A stretch of 64,000 bases of DNA, from NCBI GenBank assembly GCA_964626635.1, contig CAZVFY010000002.1, forward strand, positions 5,300 through 69,299. Direction: 5' to 3'. The first letter of the stretch is position 1; every line of letters begins with the position of its first letter. This stretch comes from an uncultured Candidatus Saccharibacteria bacterium (lineage in GTDB: Bacteria > Patescibacteriota > Minisyncoccia > Phycocordibacterales > UBA918). The position numbers were made by a program, and so were the translations under genes. The notes below the pieces were generated by a model, which did no database searches, had not been told where the DNA came from, and saw nothing but the letters and a program-made list of their open reading frames with translations. Below are positions 22,242 to 32,900 of the stretch, one piece after another.

Positions 22242-23285
22242 TTAGCGGACTACTTGAGTGAATGAGTCGTTGTTATCAAACAAGTCTTCGTCTGTAGCAG
22301 TGGTGACCGTTACCGTGAACGGTGTTGCAGTCCGGTCAAAACCGAGGCTAATCACTGCCCGCTCGTTCGGCTTGAGTGGATCTTGAGCAGGTGAGCGGTA
22401 AGTTGTACCGTCAGGTAGTGACGCGACGTATGTCCAGATATCTGAGGTTTTACTACCAAAGTTTTGAACAGCAAACTGCACAGCGTCAGGATTGTTGCGT
22501 TCGATAGTTGCGGGTACGAATGTGCGATTGATGATTGTTCCCACACTACCATAGCTGGCGGCCAGATCTACGAACCCTGCTGGGTTCGAGACTGGAATGC
22601 TAAATTCGAACTGCTGTGTAACGGACGGTGCGGTAAGGGCAATATTGTCAGTTGCAGGTACCTCTATCGCTCCATCATCTGCGGCTACCTCGTTAGTGTC
22701 GTCGTTTGTAGTCGCGTTAGAAGCTTCACCATTTGTACCAATATTGTCTGTGATATTTGTATTCATGACCGTGAATACACCACTCCCCTCGGCGCTCACG
22801 TCAGATGAATCAGTGCCAACAAATCCAATTTTGTATTGTACGTCGGTGTAACGACTTTCGGTTGATTCGGCTATGAGGCTGACCTGGTTGACGGCGCCTA
22901 TATTATAATCAGTGTTACAGTCGATTTCAAAAAGGCCGTCTTGGCTGTCATGGCTCAAGGTAATACCAGGATCACAAGCGTAGACGAACACATACTCGCC
23001 ATTAGGTTCAGCGTCCCAACTGATTACTACAGACTCCCCATTCTCTAGAATGGTGGTGTCAGTAGCGACGGCAATTGGCAATACTGGATCTGGTTCAAGG
23101 TCAGCGGTTGGTTCTTGTGAGTTATTTACGCCACTGGTGATTGATGCGAGCGAACCGAGGGCGTTTGGCATACCGCCGATAAAACGCATGGCAAACCATG
23201 CCACGGCTAAAATTATGAAAAGAACGCTAATAAGGATGGCTGCCTTAACGATAGGCGAGCGCTTTGATGTATTGGTATCACTCAT
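22242..23285 (-). CDS. hypothetical type II membrane-anchored extracellular protein
   Basis: N-terminal signal anchor PIVKAAILISVLFIILAVAWFAM; Thr/Asn/Asp-rich ectodomain; TATAAT box 5 nt before the ATG. Confidence 0.5.
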   Translation of the reverse strand: MSDTNTSKRSPIVKAAILISVLFIILAVAWFAMRFIGGMPNALGSLASITSGVNNSQEPTADLEPDPVLPIAVATDTTILENGESVVISWDAEPNGEYVFVYACDPGITLSHDSQDGLFEIDCNTDYNIGAVNQVSLIAESTESRYTDVQYKIGFVGTDSSDVSAEGSGVFTVMNTNITDNIGTNGEASNATTNDDTNEVAADDGAIEVPATDNIALTAPSVTQQFEFSIPVSNPAGFVDLAASYGSVGTIINRTFVPATIERNNPDAVQFAVQNFGSKTSDIWTYVASLPDGTTYRSPAQDPLKPNERAVISLGFDRTATPFTVTVTTATDEDLFDNNDSFTQVVR

Positions 23286-23404
23286 ATAAAATTATATTAG
23301 CATGGATTATAAATAAGTCAAGTTTGATGTAATCATAATTACAGTAGTTCAAGGTCTTCAACTCTATCTAAATGCACTGTAAATGATGCCTCAGACAAAA
23401 ACTA

Positions 23405-23432
23405 TTGACAAACTTATCATAAGTGCTATGAT
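23405..23432 (+). promoter_or_regulatory. sigma70-like promoter of the sortase gene
   Basis: TTGACA - 16 nt - TATGAT, 11 nt upstream of ATG 23444. Confidence 0.45.
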
Positions 23433-23443
23433 TGTTTGCACGT

Positions 23444-24166
23444 ATGGAGACGAGCAACTCATTCGAACGCCTCATTGAAACGCTGTGGGAGCGCAAAATT
23501 TTATTTTTTGCTGCTTTTGCAATAATTGGATTATTGACCTACGCGTTACTCGCGTGGGTTGATTTTTTACCTGAGCCTCGCACAGTAGATCTTGATCCTC
23601 AAGCAACGTCTGAAAACAGTGTTGCACTGGGTGATAGTACTACAGCATTTCCGGCTCAAGAGATTGAAGTTGTATCGGGATCAGAAGATCCAGCAGCAGA
23701 GCCGGTAGAAGTGTTCGTGGCACCGGTACTACCAAACTCAATTTTTATACCTGCTACCGGTAAAACCATCCCGGTCTTGAACCCTAACTCTCGGTCAGTC
23801 GCTGATCTGGATGCGGCGCTACTAAATGGTGTCGTGCGACACCCTGACTCTGCGACGCTAGAAAGTGAGGGTAACGTGTTTATTTTAGGCCATTCTAGCT
23901 ATCTGCCGAATGTGTTCAATGAGTATTTTCAGGCTTTTAATGGTATCCAAGACCTGGAGTGGGGAGACGAAATTTTGGTCACTGCCAATGGCGAGACATA
24001 TGTGTACGTAGTTGACCGCGTGTTTGAAGCGCGCGCCTCAGAAGTAACCATCCCGCTGGTTGACACGGGCCGTCGGCTGACACTCGCCACCTGCGACAGT
24101 TTTGGTAGTGTCGAAGATCGGTTCATTGTCGAGGCGTCATTTGATCGCATCGATATGCAAATATAA
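23444..24166 (+). CDS. sortase family transpeptidase
   Basis: N-terminal TM helix; conserved His (VFILGHSS); catalytic LTLATCDSF (TLxTC motif); ATG 23444 preferred over the track's TTG at 23432. Confidence 0.75.
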   Translation: METSNSFERLIETLWERKILFFAAFAIIGLLTYALLAWVDFLPEPRTVDLDPQATSENSVALGDSTTAFPAQEIEVVSGSEDPAAEPVEVFVAPVLPNSIFIPATGKTIPVLNPNSRSVADLDAALLNGVVRHPDSATLESEGNVFILGHSSYLPNVFNEYFQAFNGIQDLEWGDEILVTANGETYVYVVDRVFEARASEVTIPLVDTGRRLTLATCDSFGSVEDRFIVEASFDRIDMQI

Positions 24167-24352
24167 TTACTTGACAAAACCTCAAAAATAGATTACAGTT
24201 GCTTGTAATTTATCGCTCTTTACTGCACAACTCGTAGAGGCAGCTAGTACTCAACAAAATAATATAGCGCAGCACTGTCTTTCATGGGATTGCTTACTCT
24301 TGCGTATGTGGTGTAGGTAGGAGTATTAATTTTAGGAAATAATTATAAATGT

Positions 24353-27061
24353 ATGAATACAAAAACTGTATTACGCCTGAGCTATGTACTGCCGATGCTA
24401 TTTGCGTTGGTATTCACATTTGCCGCTCCGGCTGCAACTATTGCTGCATGGGATGGCAATCAGAGTTCAGGCTGGTCAAACAGCGGAGGATTCGATTGGG
24501 GTGATCGTCCAGATTGGACAAATTCATTTAACTGGTCGAATGACAATAACTATGGAGATAATGGATCTTCTAGCAGCGCCAGTTCAGAAACGAAGTGTAA
24601 AGTTGACTCTCGGGTTGAGACTATTTCGTATGGTGGCAGTGTGACTCTGACCTGGGACACTGTTGGCGCTACGTCGGTGACCGTAAACGGTGAGTCAGTT
24701 AACCTTAGTGAAGGTAGTAAAACCTTTACAAATATTACTGAAGACACTGAATACGTACTCGAAGTAAAAACCGACAACGGTTCATGTAAAACAACTATTA
24801 AGGTTATCTGTCTGCCACCAGTCGTCATTAAAGGATGTACCGACGAACACGCTTTCAACTACAACCCGGATGCAACCGAGGATGATGGCTCATGTGAATA
24901 CGAGGTTCCCGGGTGTACTGATGATAATGCCGTCAATTATAATCCAGACGCCACCAAAGACGATGGTTCTTGTACATATCAAAAGTTATGTGAACCCGGT
25001 GATCAGTTTTACAATCCAGAAGCCGACTTAGAAGGTACTATTTTCGACGGTACAAAAGGGCGGGTAGTAAACACTTCGCAATACTGCGATTACAAAATTG
25101 GTCTTGCATCATATGAAAAATTTGATGAAATTATTGACAATCAAATTATCTTTGACAGTAAAACCGGCGTCGTAAAAGCAAGCAGTCAGAAAGAGTTACA
25201 CGTTACTGTGCCTGAGTGCGCATACCAAATTAATCTCTTTTACGGTCATGTGCTACAATCGCTTGATGGACAGCGATACGGCGATCGATTACTGGACGCT
25301 GAACATCTCAATAGCGAAAAGGGCTACTGTGGTCAAGAACAAGTTGTCTTAAAATGTACGTTGGTTGCTGATCGTAATGAAATTAAGCGTGGCGAATCAG
25401 CGACTTTAACGTGGACTAGTGAGCACGCCGAGTTTGCGTTTATAGACCGGGGTATTAATGACGTCGAGCTAAATGACAGTCGATCAGTAAAACCCAAGAA
25501 GACTACTACCTACACCCTTACTGTCTTTGGAAAAGATGGTCAAGAAAAAAAATGTGATGAAACTATAAAAGTTGAGAAAGATCCGACTCCAACCCCGGTT
25601 CCAAAATGTCACTCTTTCAGTATTGCTGAAAGTAAGGTTGTGCCGAGCGGTGATATTACCCTGTCATGGGACACGTCTGACACAACTAATGTAACAATTA
25701 CAAATATTGGTAGCGTTGCTAGTGATGGTTCGAACCAGGTCTTTAGCGCACCAGACAGTGAGGGTGAATTCACTTACGTCTTAACTTATGCTGGTAAGAC
25801 AAACGACACCTGCCGCGATACGCTAACTGTTGAGCGTGAAAGTGCCAGTATACCAGTTTGTGATTTGTTTACTGCTAGCGACACGTCGATCAATAAGGGT
25901 GAGCAAACGACATTGCGGTGGCAAACGACTAATGTTACCAATGTCTCAATTAACAATGGGGTAGGGTCAAATCTAGAGGTTGACGGTAACGTTGAGGTGA
26001 CACCCCAATCAGATACCACCTACATCCTCACGTTTGATGGTAATACAAATGATGATTGTCGTGTGGACATCAGCGTGACTAAAGACAGTGGTGGAGGTGG
26101 TGGCGGCGGTGGCAGTTCTTCTCCACGGTGTGAACTAGATATTTCAGACACGCGTATTGCTGCCGGGGAAGAAATTACCCTGACCTGGGATTCGACCCGA
26201 GCGCGTGACCTCACTATTACTGATGACCGAGGCAATGTCATCGTTACCACCGAAGACAAATTGTCAGACGATAAAGATGAATTATTTGAAGGTTCGATTG
26301 ATCTGCGACCAACGCGTGATACTGAATACACGCTCGTGGTCGAACGTGGAAGTCGTGACCGTGAATGTAATGTGTCAGTAGATATTCGTGGCAGTGTCAG
26401 TGGCGCCAGTATCACTGTTTTAGAAGAGCGTGATCAACAGCCGCTCATTACTGGCATCTCGCTATCAGAAGTGCCACACACAGGGTTCGAAGCTGGACCA
26501 CTCATGACATTTGCGTTCTATGCACTACTGGTTACTTGGGCATTAGTGCTCGCGTATGTACTAGTAATCCCTAGAGGAGCAGTTGCAAATGTCCACACCA
26601 CCACCGCAACTCCAACTGGTAATATCACCGCTCCAGTACCAACCGTGGTCGACTCTAGTCGAGTGTTCCCAGACTATGCAGCTCACACCAATACACCACA
26701 GTATAGCGCTGCTGCCACCGTGGCCGCACCAACCAATCTGCCAACTGGTTCAGTCGAAGATATTCTGGCGGCGCCAGTTGCACCGGCACCAGCACCGACC
26801 GCTCTGACCACGCCGACTCAAGCAGCCGTCCTAGCCGAAGGCACGCCGGTAGAAGTCGCTGCCCTCGAAGCTGTAGCTCACAATAACCAAGCGCTCTTCT
26901 CGAGTGATGCTCTCAAGGTGTTCATGGACATTACTGCAACCCAAGAACAGCTCATGAAAGCCGAACAAGTCATTACACTTGGTAAGTCACTCTATCCACT
27001 AGAAGACGGCTGGCTCATGATCAACAAAGCTCGAATGTTTGAACTGTTGGCGCAAACCTAA
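24353..27061 (+). CDS. large repeat-rich cell-surface protein with internal sortase-like sorting signal
   Basis: Signal peptide; five ~100 aa beta-sandwich repeats with T(L/V)TWD cores; two Cys-bracketed NYNPDAT.DDGSC repeats; poly-Gly linker; VPHTG motif then TM helix then Arg, followed by a ~170 aa tail. Confidence 0.6.
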   Translation: MNTKTVLRLSYVLPMLFALVFTFAAPAATIAAWDGNQSSGWSNSGGFDWGDRPDWTNSFNWSNDNNYGDNGSSSSASSETKCKVDSRVETISYGGSVTLTWDTVGATSVTVNGESVNLSEGSKTFTNITEDTEYVLEVKTDNGSCKTTIKVICLPPVVIKGCTDEHAFNYNPDATEDDGSCEYEVPGCTDDNAVNYNPDATKDDGSCTYQKLCEPGDQFYNPEADLEGTIFDGTKGRVVNTSQYCDYKIGLASYEKFDEIIDNQIIFDSKTGVVKASSQKELHVTVPECAYQINLFYGHVLQSLDGQRYGDRLLDAEHLNSEKGYCGQEQVVLKCTLVADRNEIKRGESATLTWTSEHAEFAFIDRGINDVELNDSRSVKPKKTTTYTLTVFGKDGQEKKCDETIKVEKDPTPTPVPKCHSFSIAESKVVPSGDITLSWDTSDTTNVTITNIGSVASDGSNQVFSAPDSEGEFTYVLTYAGKTNDTCRDTLTVERESASIPVCDLFTASDTSINKGEQTTLRWQTTNVTNVSINNGVGSNLEVDGNVEVTPQSDTTYILTFDGNTNDDCRVDISVTKDSGGGGGGGGSSSPRCELDISDTRIAAGEEITLTWDSTRARDLTITDDRGNVIVTTEDKLSDDKDELFEGSIDLRPTRDTEYTLVVERGSRDRECNVSVDIRGSVSGASITVLEERDQQPLITGISLSEVPHTGFEAGPLMTFAFYALLVTWALVLAYVLVIPRGAVANVHTTTATPTGNITAPVPTVVDSSRVFPDYAAHTNTPQYSAAATVAAPTNLPTGSVEDILAAPVAPAPAPTALTTPTQAAVLAEGTPVEVAALEAVAHNNQALFSSDALKVFMDITATQEQLMKAEQVITLGKSLYPLEDGWLMINKARMFELLAQT

Positions 27062-27083
27062 GCGCTAAGAGTACAGCAAACAC

Positions 27084-27114
27084 AAAACCGCGCCTCAATA
27101 GAGGCGCGGTTTTG
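27084..27114. terminator. bidirectional intrinsic terminator between the surface-protein gene and thrS
   Basis: AAAACCGCGCC-TCAATAGA-GGCGCGGTTTT. Confidence 0.7.
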
Positions 27115-27129
27115 TGTACTTCTATCTCT

Positions 27130-28866
27130 TTATACGCTGGCTTCGGCAGATAATTTCTCGATTAGCTCGGGTAGGGTATGGGTGGTCGACTCACCGGTGT
27201 CACGGCTCTCGAGTGTCACCGTTTTGTCCGCTACTTCCTTGTCACCAATGACGATGAGGTAGGGGAGTTTGGCCTTTTTGGCGTTGCGGATTTTTTTACC
27301 CATGCTGTCTTTGTGGTCATCAAGTTCGACACGCCAGTCGGCTGCGCGTAGTTTGCTCATGACCTGACGCGCATAGTCGTGGTGCGCGTCAGCCACGGGA
27401 ATAATGCGCAGATGTTCGGGTGACAGCCACAGTGGGAACGCCCCAGCGTAGTGCTCGATCAAGACACCCATAAAGCGCTCGAGCGACCCGCTGATCGCGC
27501 GGTGAATGACGACCGGCCGCTCGCGCTCGCCGTCTTCGTTTATAAATGACAAATCAAAGCGCTCAGGTAAATTGAAGTCGCACTGGATCGTTGCCAATTG
27601 CCACTCGCGTCCAATGGCATCCTTGAACATAAAATCAAGCTTTGGTCCGTAGAATGCCGCTTCGCCTTCGACGCGTTTATAATTGAGGTTGTTCGACTGT
27701 GCGGACTCTTCGAGCGCGGCCTCGGACTGTTCCCAGACATCGTCACCACCGAGGTACATACCCTCATCGTCACGCACGGACAAACTCACCCAGTAATTAT
27801 CAAGCAGTCCCATTCGCGCATAAAACGCGCGCACGATTTCGACCATCGTCGATACTTCCTCGGTGATCTGCGAGACGCGACAGAATATATGCCCGTCATC
27901 CTGAGTGATCGCTCGGACGCGGGTCAGGCCAGATAGCTGTCCCGACTTTTCGTAGCGGTACACCGTCGCTGGTTCAAAATAACGTACTGGCATGTCGCGA
28001 TACGAAAACTGATTGTCGGCAAAGATCTGCATGTGGTGCGGACAATTCATCGGCTTGAGTGCAAAGTCCTCATCGCCACCTTTGACCCGGAACAGTTCCT
28101 CGCCAAACTTCTCGGCGTGGCCGCTGGTTTCGTACAATGAAATGTTCGTAATGTGCGGCGTCCAGACGCGGTCGTAGCCGTGACCCTTATGCAGGTCCCA
28201 CAAATACTCCTCGATCGCCTGGCGGATGATCATGCCTTTTGGCTGCATCAGCGGGAGTCCTGCGCCAACAAGCGGCGAGATGGTGTAGAGCCCCAGTTCA
28301 GGACCGAGTTTTTTGTGGTCGCGTTTTTTCGCTTCTTCTAATTGCTGTTCGTACGCCACTAGTTCCTCTTTAGTATCAAATGCGACGCCGTATATTCGGG
28401 TAAGCATCGGATTCTTCTCATCACCGCGCCAGTACGCCCCAGCGATCTTATCGAGCTTGAACGCATCGGCTGCAATTTCTTCTCGTGGATTGTCGACGTG
28501 TCCACCGCGACACAGGTCGGTAAATCCGCCGCACGTGTACAGGGTGATCGGCTCGCCGCGCTCTTCGATCTCGTCGATTAGTTCGAGCTTGAACTGATTG
28601 CCAGCAAATACCTCGCGCGCGCGTTCGAGGGTAACTTCCTCGTGTGACCATTCGGTCCATTTATTCAGCAGTTTCTTCATCGTCTTCTGCACGCGCTTCA
28701 GGTCGTCTTCGCCCGGAGCGTCGCCAGTAGAGAAATCGATGTCGTAGTAAAATCCGTTGTCGATCGCGGGACCGAGGGTCAGGCGAGCGTGCGGATACTG
28801 TTCGACTACCGCGGCGGCGAGTAGGTGAGCGAGGGTGTGGCGTTTGTGGGCGAGTTGTTCGTTCAT
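27130..28866 (-). CDS. thrS: threonine--tRNA ligase (lacks N-terminal TGS domain)
   Basis: Editing-domain start HKRHTLAHLLAAAVVEQYPHARLTLGPAIDNGFYYD; class II catalytic core and anticodon-binding domain; ATG 28866 chosen because the track's upstream start is a TTG lying inside the promoter/terminator region. Confidence 0.85.
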   Translation of the reverse strand: MNEQLAHKRHTLAHLLAAAVVEQYPHARLTLGPAIDNGFYYDIDFSTGDAPGEDDLKRVQKTMKKLLNKWTEWSHEEVTLERAREVFAGNQFKLELIDEIEERGEPITLYTCGGFTDLCRGGHVDNPREEIAADAFKLDKIAGAYWRGDEKNPMLTRIYGVAFDTKEELVAYEQQLEEAKKRDHKKLGPELGLYTISPLVGAGLPLMQPKGMIIRQAIEEYLWDLHKGHGYDRVWTPHITNISLYETSGHAEKFGEELFRVKGGDEDFALKPMNCPHHMQIFADNQFSYRDMPVRYFEPATVYRYEKSGQLSGLTRVRAITQDDGHIFCRVSQITEEVSTMVEIVRAFYARMGLLDNYWVSLSVRDDEGMYLGGDDVWEQSEAALEESAQSNNLNYKRVEGEAAFYGPKLDFMFKDAIGREWQLATIQCDFNLPERFDLSFINEDGERERPVVIHRAISGSLERFMGVLIEHYAGAFPLWLSPEHLRIIPVADAHHDYARQVMSKLRAADWRVELDDHKDSMGKKIRNAKKAKLPYLIVIGDKEVADKTVTLESRDTGESTTHTLPELIEKLSAEASV

Positions 28867-28927
28867 AATATGTGTGGTCACTAGTATCTGTGATGATACC
28901 TTGCCAGTGTAAAAAGGCAAAGAAATA

Positions 28928-28946
28928 CCCGCAGTGAGGCTGCGGG
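28928..28946 (-). terminator. intrinsic terminator of the upstream minus-strand gene
   Basis: On the minus strand CCCGCAGCCTCACTGCGGG followed by TATTTCTTT. Confidence 0.5.
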
Positions 28947-29002
28947 TATCGAGTCGGATTCAAAAGGTTTTGGTTGGTCCTCGAGTAGCTAGATCGCCAT
29001 GC

Positions 29003-29509
29003 TCACCCTAGTTCATTTGCCCAGGTGCGAAGAAATTTTCGTAGCAGCCGTCGTTCTTGCGCAGTTAGCTCACCTTGCGACTGCCTTTCGCATAGTTCAA
29101 TGATATGCACCAGCGCAGCATGTTCTCTGGCCGGCCGGTTGGTATGCCGTTTAGCAAACTCGGCAAAGTATGCCTTACCAGCGCTTTGCGCAAATATCCA
29201 GCACCAGTGTCGGTGTACGAGCGGGCTGTAAGGCGAGAGTTGCGTGCGGCGACTGTTCTCGGACAATGCGTCGTCAGCTTGGCTCGCCAGAGTCATAACG
29301 TGCCGTAAGCAGTCTGCACACTCTTCTAAGGCTTCGTACTTAGTCAAGCCGGTATTTTCGGCGGTGACAGGGTTCCTCGTTTCAGTATACTTAGGCTCGA
29401 TGGCTGTGACTGCTTGATGCAGTTTCCAGCGCCACAACTGTACGCCAGTAACTGAGGGCGGCAATACGCGGCAGCCAACTTCTTTGGCGAACGAAGTCAT
29501 TGTAGTCAT
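29003..29509 (-). CDS. hypothetical protein (possibly DinB/YfiT-like helical bundle)
   Basis: Strong SD AAGGAGAGCAAA-ATG; His-rich helical segments; no confident family assignment. Confidence 0.45.
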   Translation of the reverse strand: MTTMTSFAKEVGCRVLPPSVTGVQLWRWKLHQAVTAIEPKYTETRNPVTAENTGLTKYEALEECADCLRHVMTLASQADDALSENSRRTQLSPYSPLVHRHWCWIFAQSAGKAYFAEFAKRHTNRPAREHAALVHIIELCERQSQGELTAQERRLLRKFLRTWANELG

Positions 29510-29571
29510 TTTGCTCTCCTTGGGAACGTTCCGCGGTGCAGCGTATCGTGACGTTGCACGGTTGTCAAAAG

Positions 29572-29598
29572 AAAAGTCGCCATGGTCATGGCGGCTTT
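29572..29598 (-). terminator. intrinsic terminator downstream of the DUF378 gene
   Basis: AAAAGCCGCCATG-ACC-ATGGCGACTTTT on the minus strand. Confidence 0.55.
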
Positions 29599-29618
29599 TC
29601 TATTAGTCACAGTGTGAC

Positions 29619-29861
29619 TTAGGTTGTCACTGGGCGGTTGTTGTACCGACTGTCGCGGCGCATTTCCGTTTTACCGGCGCTCGCATCAGCGATGGCCATG
29701 GTCAAGGTGATGAGCCCGGCAACACCGACGACCGCGTAGGTCAGGGTGGTTAGTACGGTGTCAATACCAAATAGGAATGACACCAGATTAAAGTTAAAGA
29801 ATGCGATCAACCCCCAGTTGAGGGCTCCGATCGATGCGATAATGGCAGATAGCTTTCTCAT
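29619..29861 (-). CDS. DUF378-family small membrane protein
   Basis: IGALNWGLIAFF motif characteristic of DUF378; two TM helices; 80 aa. Confidence 0.6.
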   Translation of the reverse strand: MRKLSAIIASIGALNWGLIAFFNFNLVSFLFGIDTVLTTLTYAVVGVAGLITLTMAIADASAGKTEMRRDSRYNNRPVTT

Positions 29862-29985
29862 ATTTATGTTGAATTATCTTCCTCGCTTGTAAACAACTTC
29901 TGTATAGTACTACTTAGTACAATTTTATACAAGTGTACGTTACATTACACAACATGCCAGAATAAGTAGCAACACCCACGTAGGC

Positions 29986-32900
29986 TTATTGTGTTGCGAC
30001 CGCAGGTTCTCTGTTGGCGGTGGTTTCTACCGGCGCATTGCCCAGCACCTTTACTCGATCGACCAGCACGCTCGGCTCGTCATTACGAATATTGAGCTTG
30101 CCTTTGATGGCGACACAGGTGCCTGGCACGAGCAAGTCGCGATACGTTTGGAAGCACTCGGGGAAAGTTACTAGCTCCATGTCAGTGTCCTTACTCACGA
30201 GTTGTACGAACGCCATTTTGTCACCCTTTTTGGTAATGAGTTCGCGCACCGTGCCGATCATCCCGGCAGTGACGACCGGGATGCCTTGGCGGCCGTCGGC
30301 TTTGACTGACGACAAGGGGGTGCGTTTTTTGAGTTCCTCGGTGTACGCGTCAAGCGGGTGCCCGGACACGTAGACGCCGAGCAAGTCCTTTTCCCATTGT
30401 AGTTTCTGGATAGTCGACAATGGCTCGGTCGGGCCGAGGTGTAATTGGTGCATGTTACTCATGCCGCCGAATAGCGAGTCTTGGGCTGACGTCTGCGCGG
30501 CGACTTGTTCGCGGTTGTATGCCAAGAGGTAGTCGAGGTTGCCGTACAGCTCGTCGCGCGTTGCAAACGTGTCAAATGCGCCGGTACAGATGAGGGCTTC
30601 GAGCGACTTTTTGTTCAGGCCGCGATCATGAATCCGGCTAAGGAAGTCTTGCATGTCCTTAAACGCGCCAGCGCGTTTGCGTTCCTCGATGATGACTGCC
30701 GCAATACCAGCACCGAAATTCTTGATAGTCGTGAGGCCAAAGCGAATGGTGTTCGCGCCAGGCATCACGGTAAAATCAGCGAATGATTCATTGATGTCCG
30801 GCGGCAGCACTTCGATGCCCATGCGATTACACTCAGTAATGATGAGTGAGATCTGCTCGGTGTCGCCCGAGTCTGCGGTGAGAACCGCCGACATGTACTC
30901 GACGGGGAAGTTGGCTTTCATGTACGCCGTTTGGTAGGCGACGCGGCCGTACGACGCCGCGTGCGCCTTATTAAATCCGTACGCCGCGAACGGTTCGATC
31001 AGCTTCCACAACTGCTCGGCTTTAGCGGCCGTCATGCCATGCTCGATGAGGCCATTGAACAACTTGTCTTTCTCGGCCGCCATGACTTCGGGAATTTTCT
31101 TTCCCATCGCCTTGCGGAGTTTGTCGGCGTCGAGCCAGCTATACCCGGCCAGCTCGATGGCGGTCATCATCACGTCGTCCTGGTAGGTAATGACCCCGTA
31201 CGAGCGTTCGATAATTCCTTCAAGGCGCGGGTCGAGGTACGTTACTAGTGACGGATTGTGCTTGCGTTCGATGTACGTTGGGATCATTTCCATCGGCCCT
31301 GGACGATACAGTGCGACCATCGCATTGATGTCGTGAATGGTAGTGGGCTTGAGTTGTTTGAGGAAGGCAGTCATTCCCGAGCCGTTGAGCTGAAAGAGCC
31401 CCATTGTCTCACCACGCGCAAGCATCTCGAACGTTTTGGGGTCGTCGAGTGGGATGTTCTCAATGTCCACCTCAACATCGTGTACAGCTTTCACGCGCTT
31501 CACGGCATCCGCCAAGATCGCCAGGTTTTTGATCCCGAGGAAGTCGAACTTGAGGAGGCCGACGCCGTCCTCTCCGACAGAGTGCATTTCGTACTGAGTG
31601 ACTTGCTTGCCGGTTTTGGAATCAATCTGGACGGGGACGTACTGATTGAGCGGTACGGGACTGATCACTACACCGGCGGCGTGCACGCCGAGGTGACGGA
31701 CGCGACCCTCGATTTGTTTAGCGAGGTCGATGACCTCGCGCGATTCGGCGTCTTTTTTATACAGTTCGGCCAGCTCTTTCTCTTCTTGCATCGCTCGGTC
31801 GATGGTCATCGGGAAGCCTTGCGCGCCGAGCGGGATCAGTTTCGCAATCCGGTCCCCGGTCGAGTACGCGTGCCCGAGGGCGCGCGCCACGTCACGCACG
31901 GCGGCGCGCGCCATCATGGTGCCGAACGTACCGATCTGCGCGACTTTGTCGTGGCCGTATTTCTCGCGGGCGTAGGTAATGATTTCGTCGCGGCGATTAT
32001 CGGCAAAGTCCATGTCGATGTCCGGGGCACTGGGACGTTCTGGGTTCAGGAAGCGCTCGAAGGGAAGGCGGTACTCGAGCGGGTTTACGTTCGTAATCCC
32101 AAGCACGTACGTCGTCAGTGACCCCGCCACTGATCCACGAATGGTTGTCAAAATTCCGCGCTCGCGCGCCTCGCGCAGGAGGTCACCTACGACGAGGAAG
32201 TACTTGGCGTAGCCTTTGGTGCGGATAATGCCCAGTTCGTAGTCGAGCCGGTCTTTGACGACTTTATCGTCCAGCGACAGCCCACGCCAGCCGACGCCCG
32301 CGTAGGCAGTATCGCGCAGCTCGTCGTCGGGTTCTTTGCCGGACTCGATGATGTAGTCGGGAAATACCCACGCGTCCATGCCGAGCGTGATCGAGACGTT
32401 GCATGACTCGGCAATCCGGACGGTATTCGACAAAGCTTCTGGTGTATCAGCGAACCACTCACACATCTGCGCTTGGGTTTTAAATGAAAAATCTTCGGCG
32501 CCTAGGCCGTCCCCGTTGGTGTCAACCACGCCGCCCGTGCCGATCTTGACCATGGTTTCGCGTGCGAGGTGGTCGTCTGGTTTGAGGTAGTACACATCGT
32601 GCGCGGCAACGAGGGGAGTGTCAGTGTCTGCTGCGAGCTGCTTGATACGGGCTTGGTTTTCTTGGTGGCCAAATATTTCTGGATGGTGCGAGATTTCGAG
32701 GTAGCAATCCTCGCCGAACACGCGTTTGTAAAAATCAAGCCGTTCAGCGGCGCGCTCGGGGAGCGAGTCCTTGAGGGCTTGGGCGACGTCGCCCGCAAAC
32801 GACGGGATGATACACACGAGGTCTTCGTGTAATCGCTCGAGCAGTTCGTCGTCAATGCGCGGCTTGTGATAAAAGCCGTCGATGTTACTACGCGTCACTA

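Noticed and set aside
26080-26125. GGTGGAGGTGGTGGCGGCGGTGGC repeat as a possible CRISPR or repeat array
   Set aside because: In-frame Gly codons inside the surface-protein gene (GGGGGGGSSS linker); no spacer/repeat periodicity.
28867-29002. T-box leader upstream of thrS
   Set aside because: Only ~135 nt between thrS and the upstream gene, most of it occupied by that gene's terminator and a promoter. No specifier or T-box consensus seen.
31258-32121. 287 aa plus-strand ORF within dnaE
   Set aside because: Antisense to DNA polymerase III alpha; no motifs; begins with a non-ATG codon.
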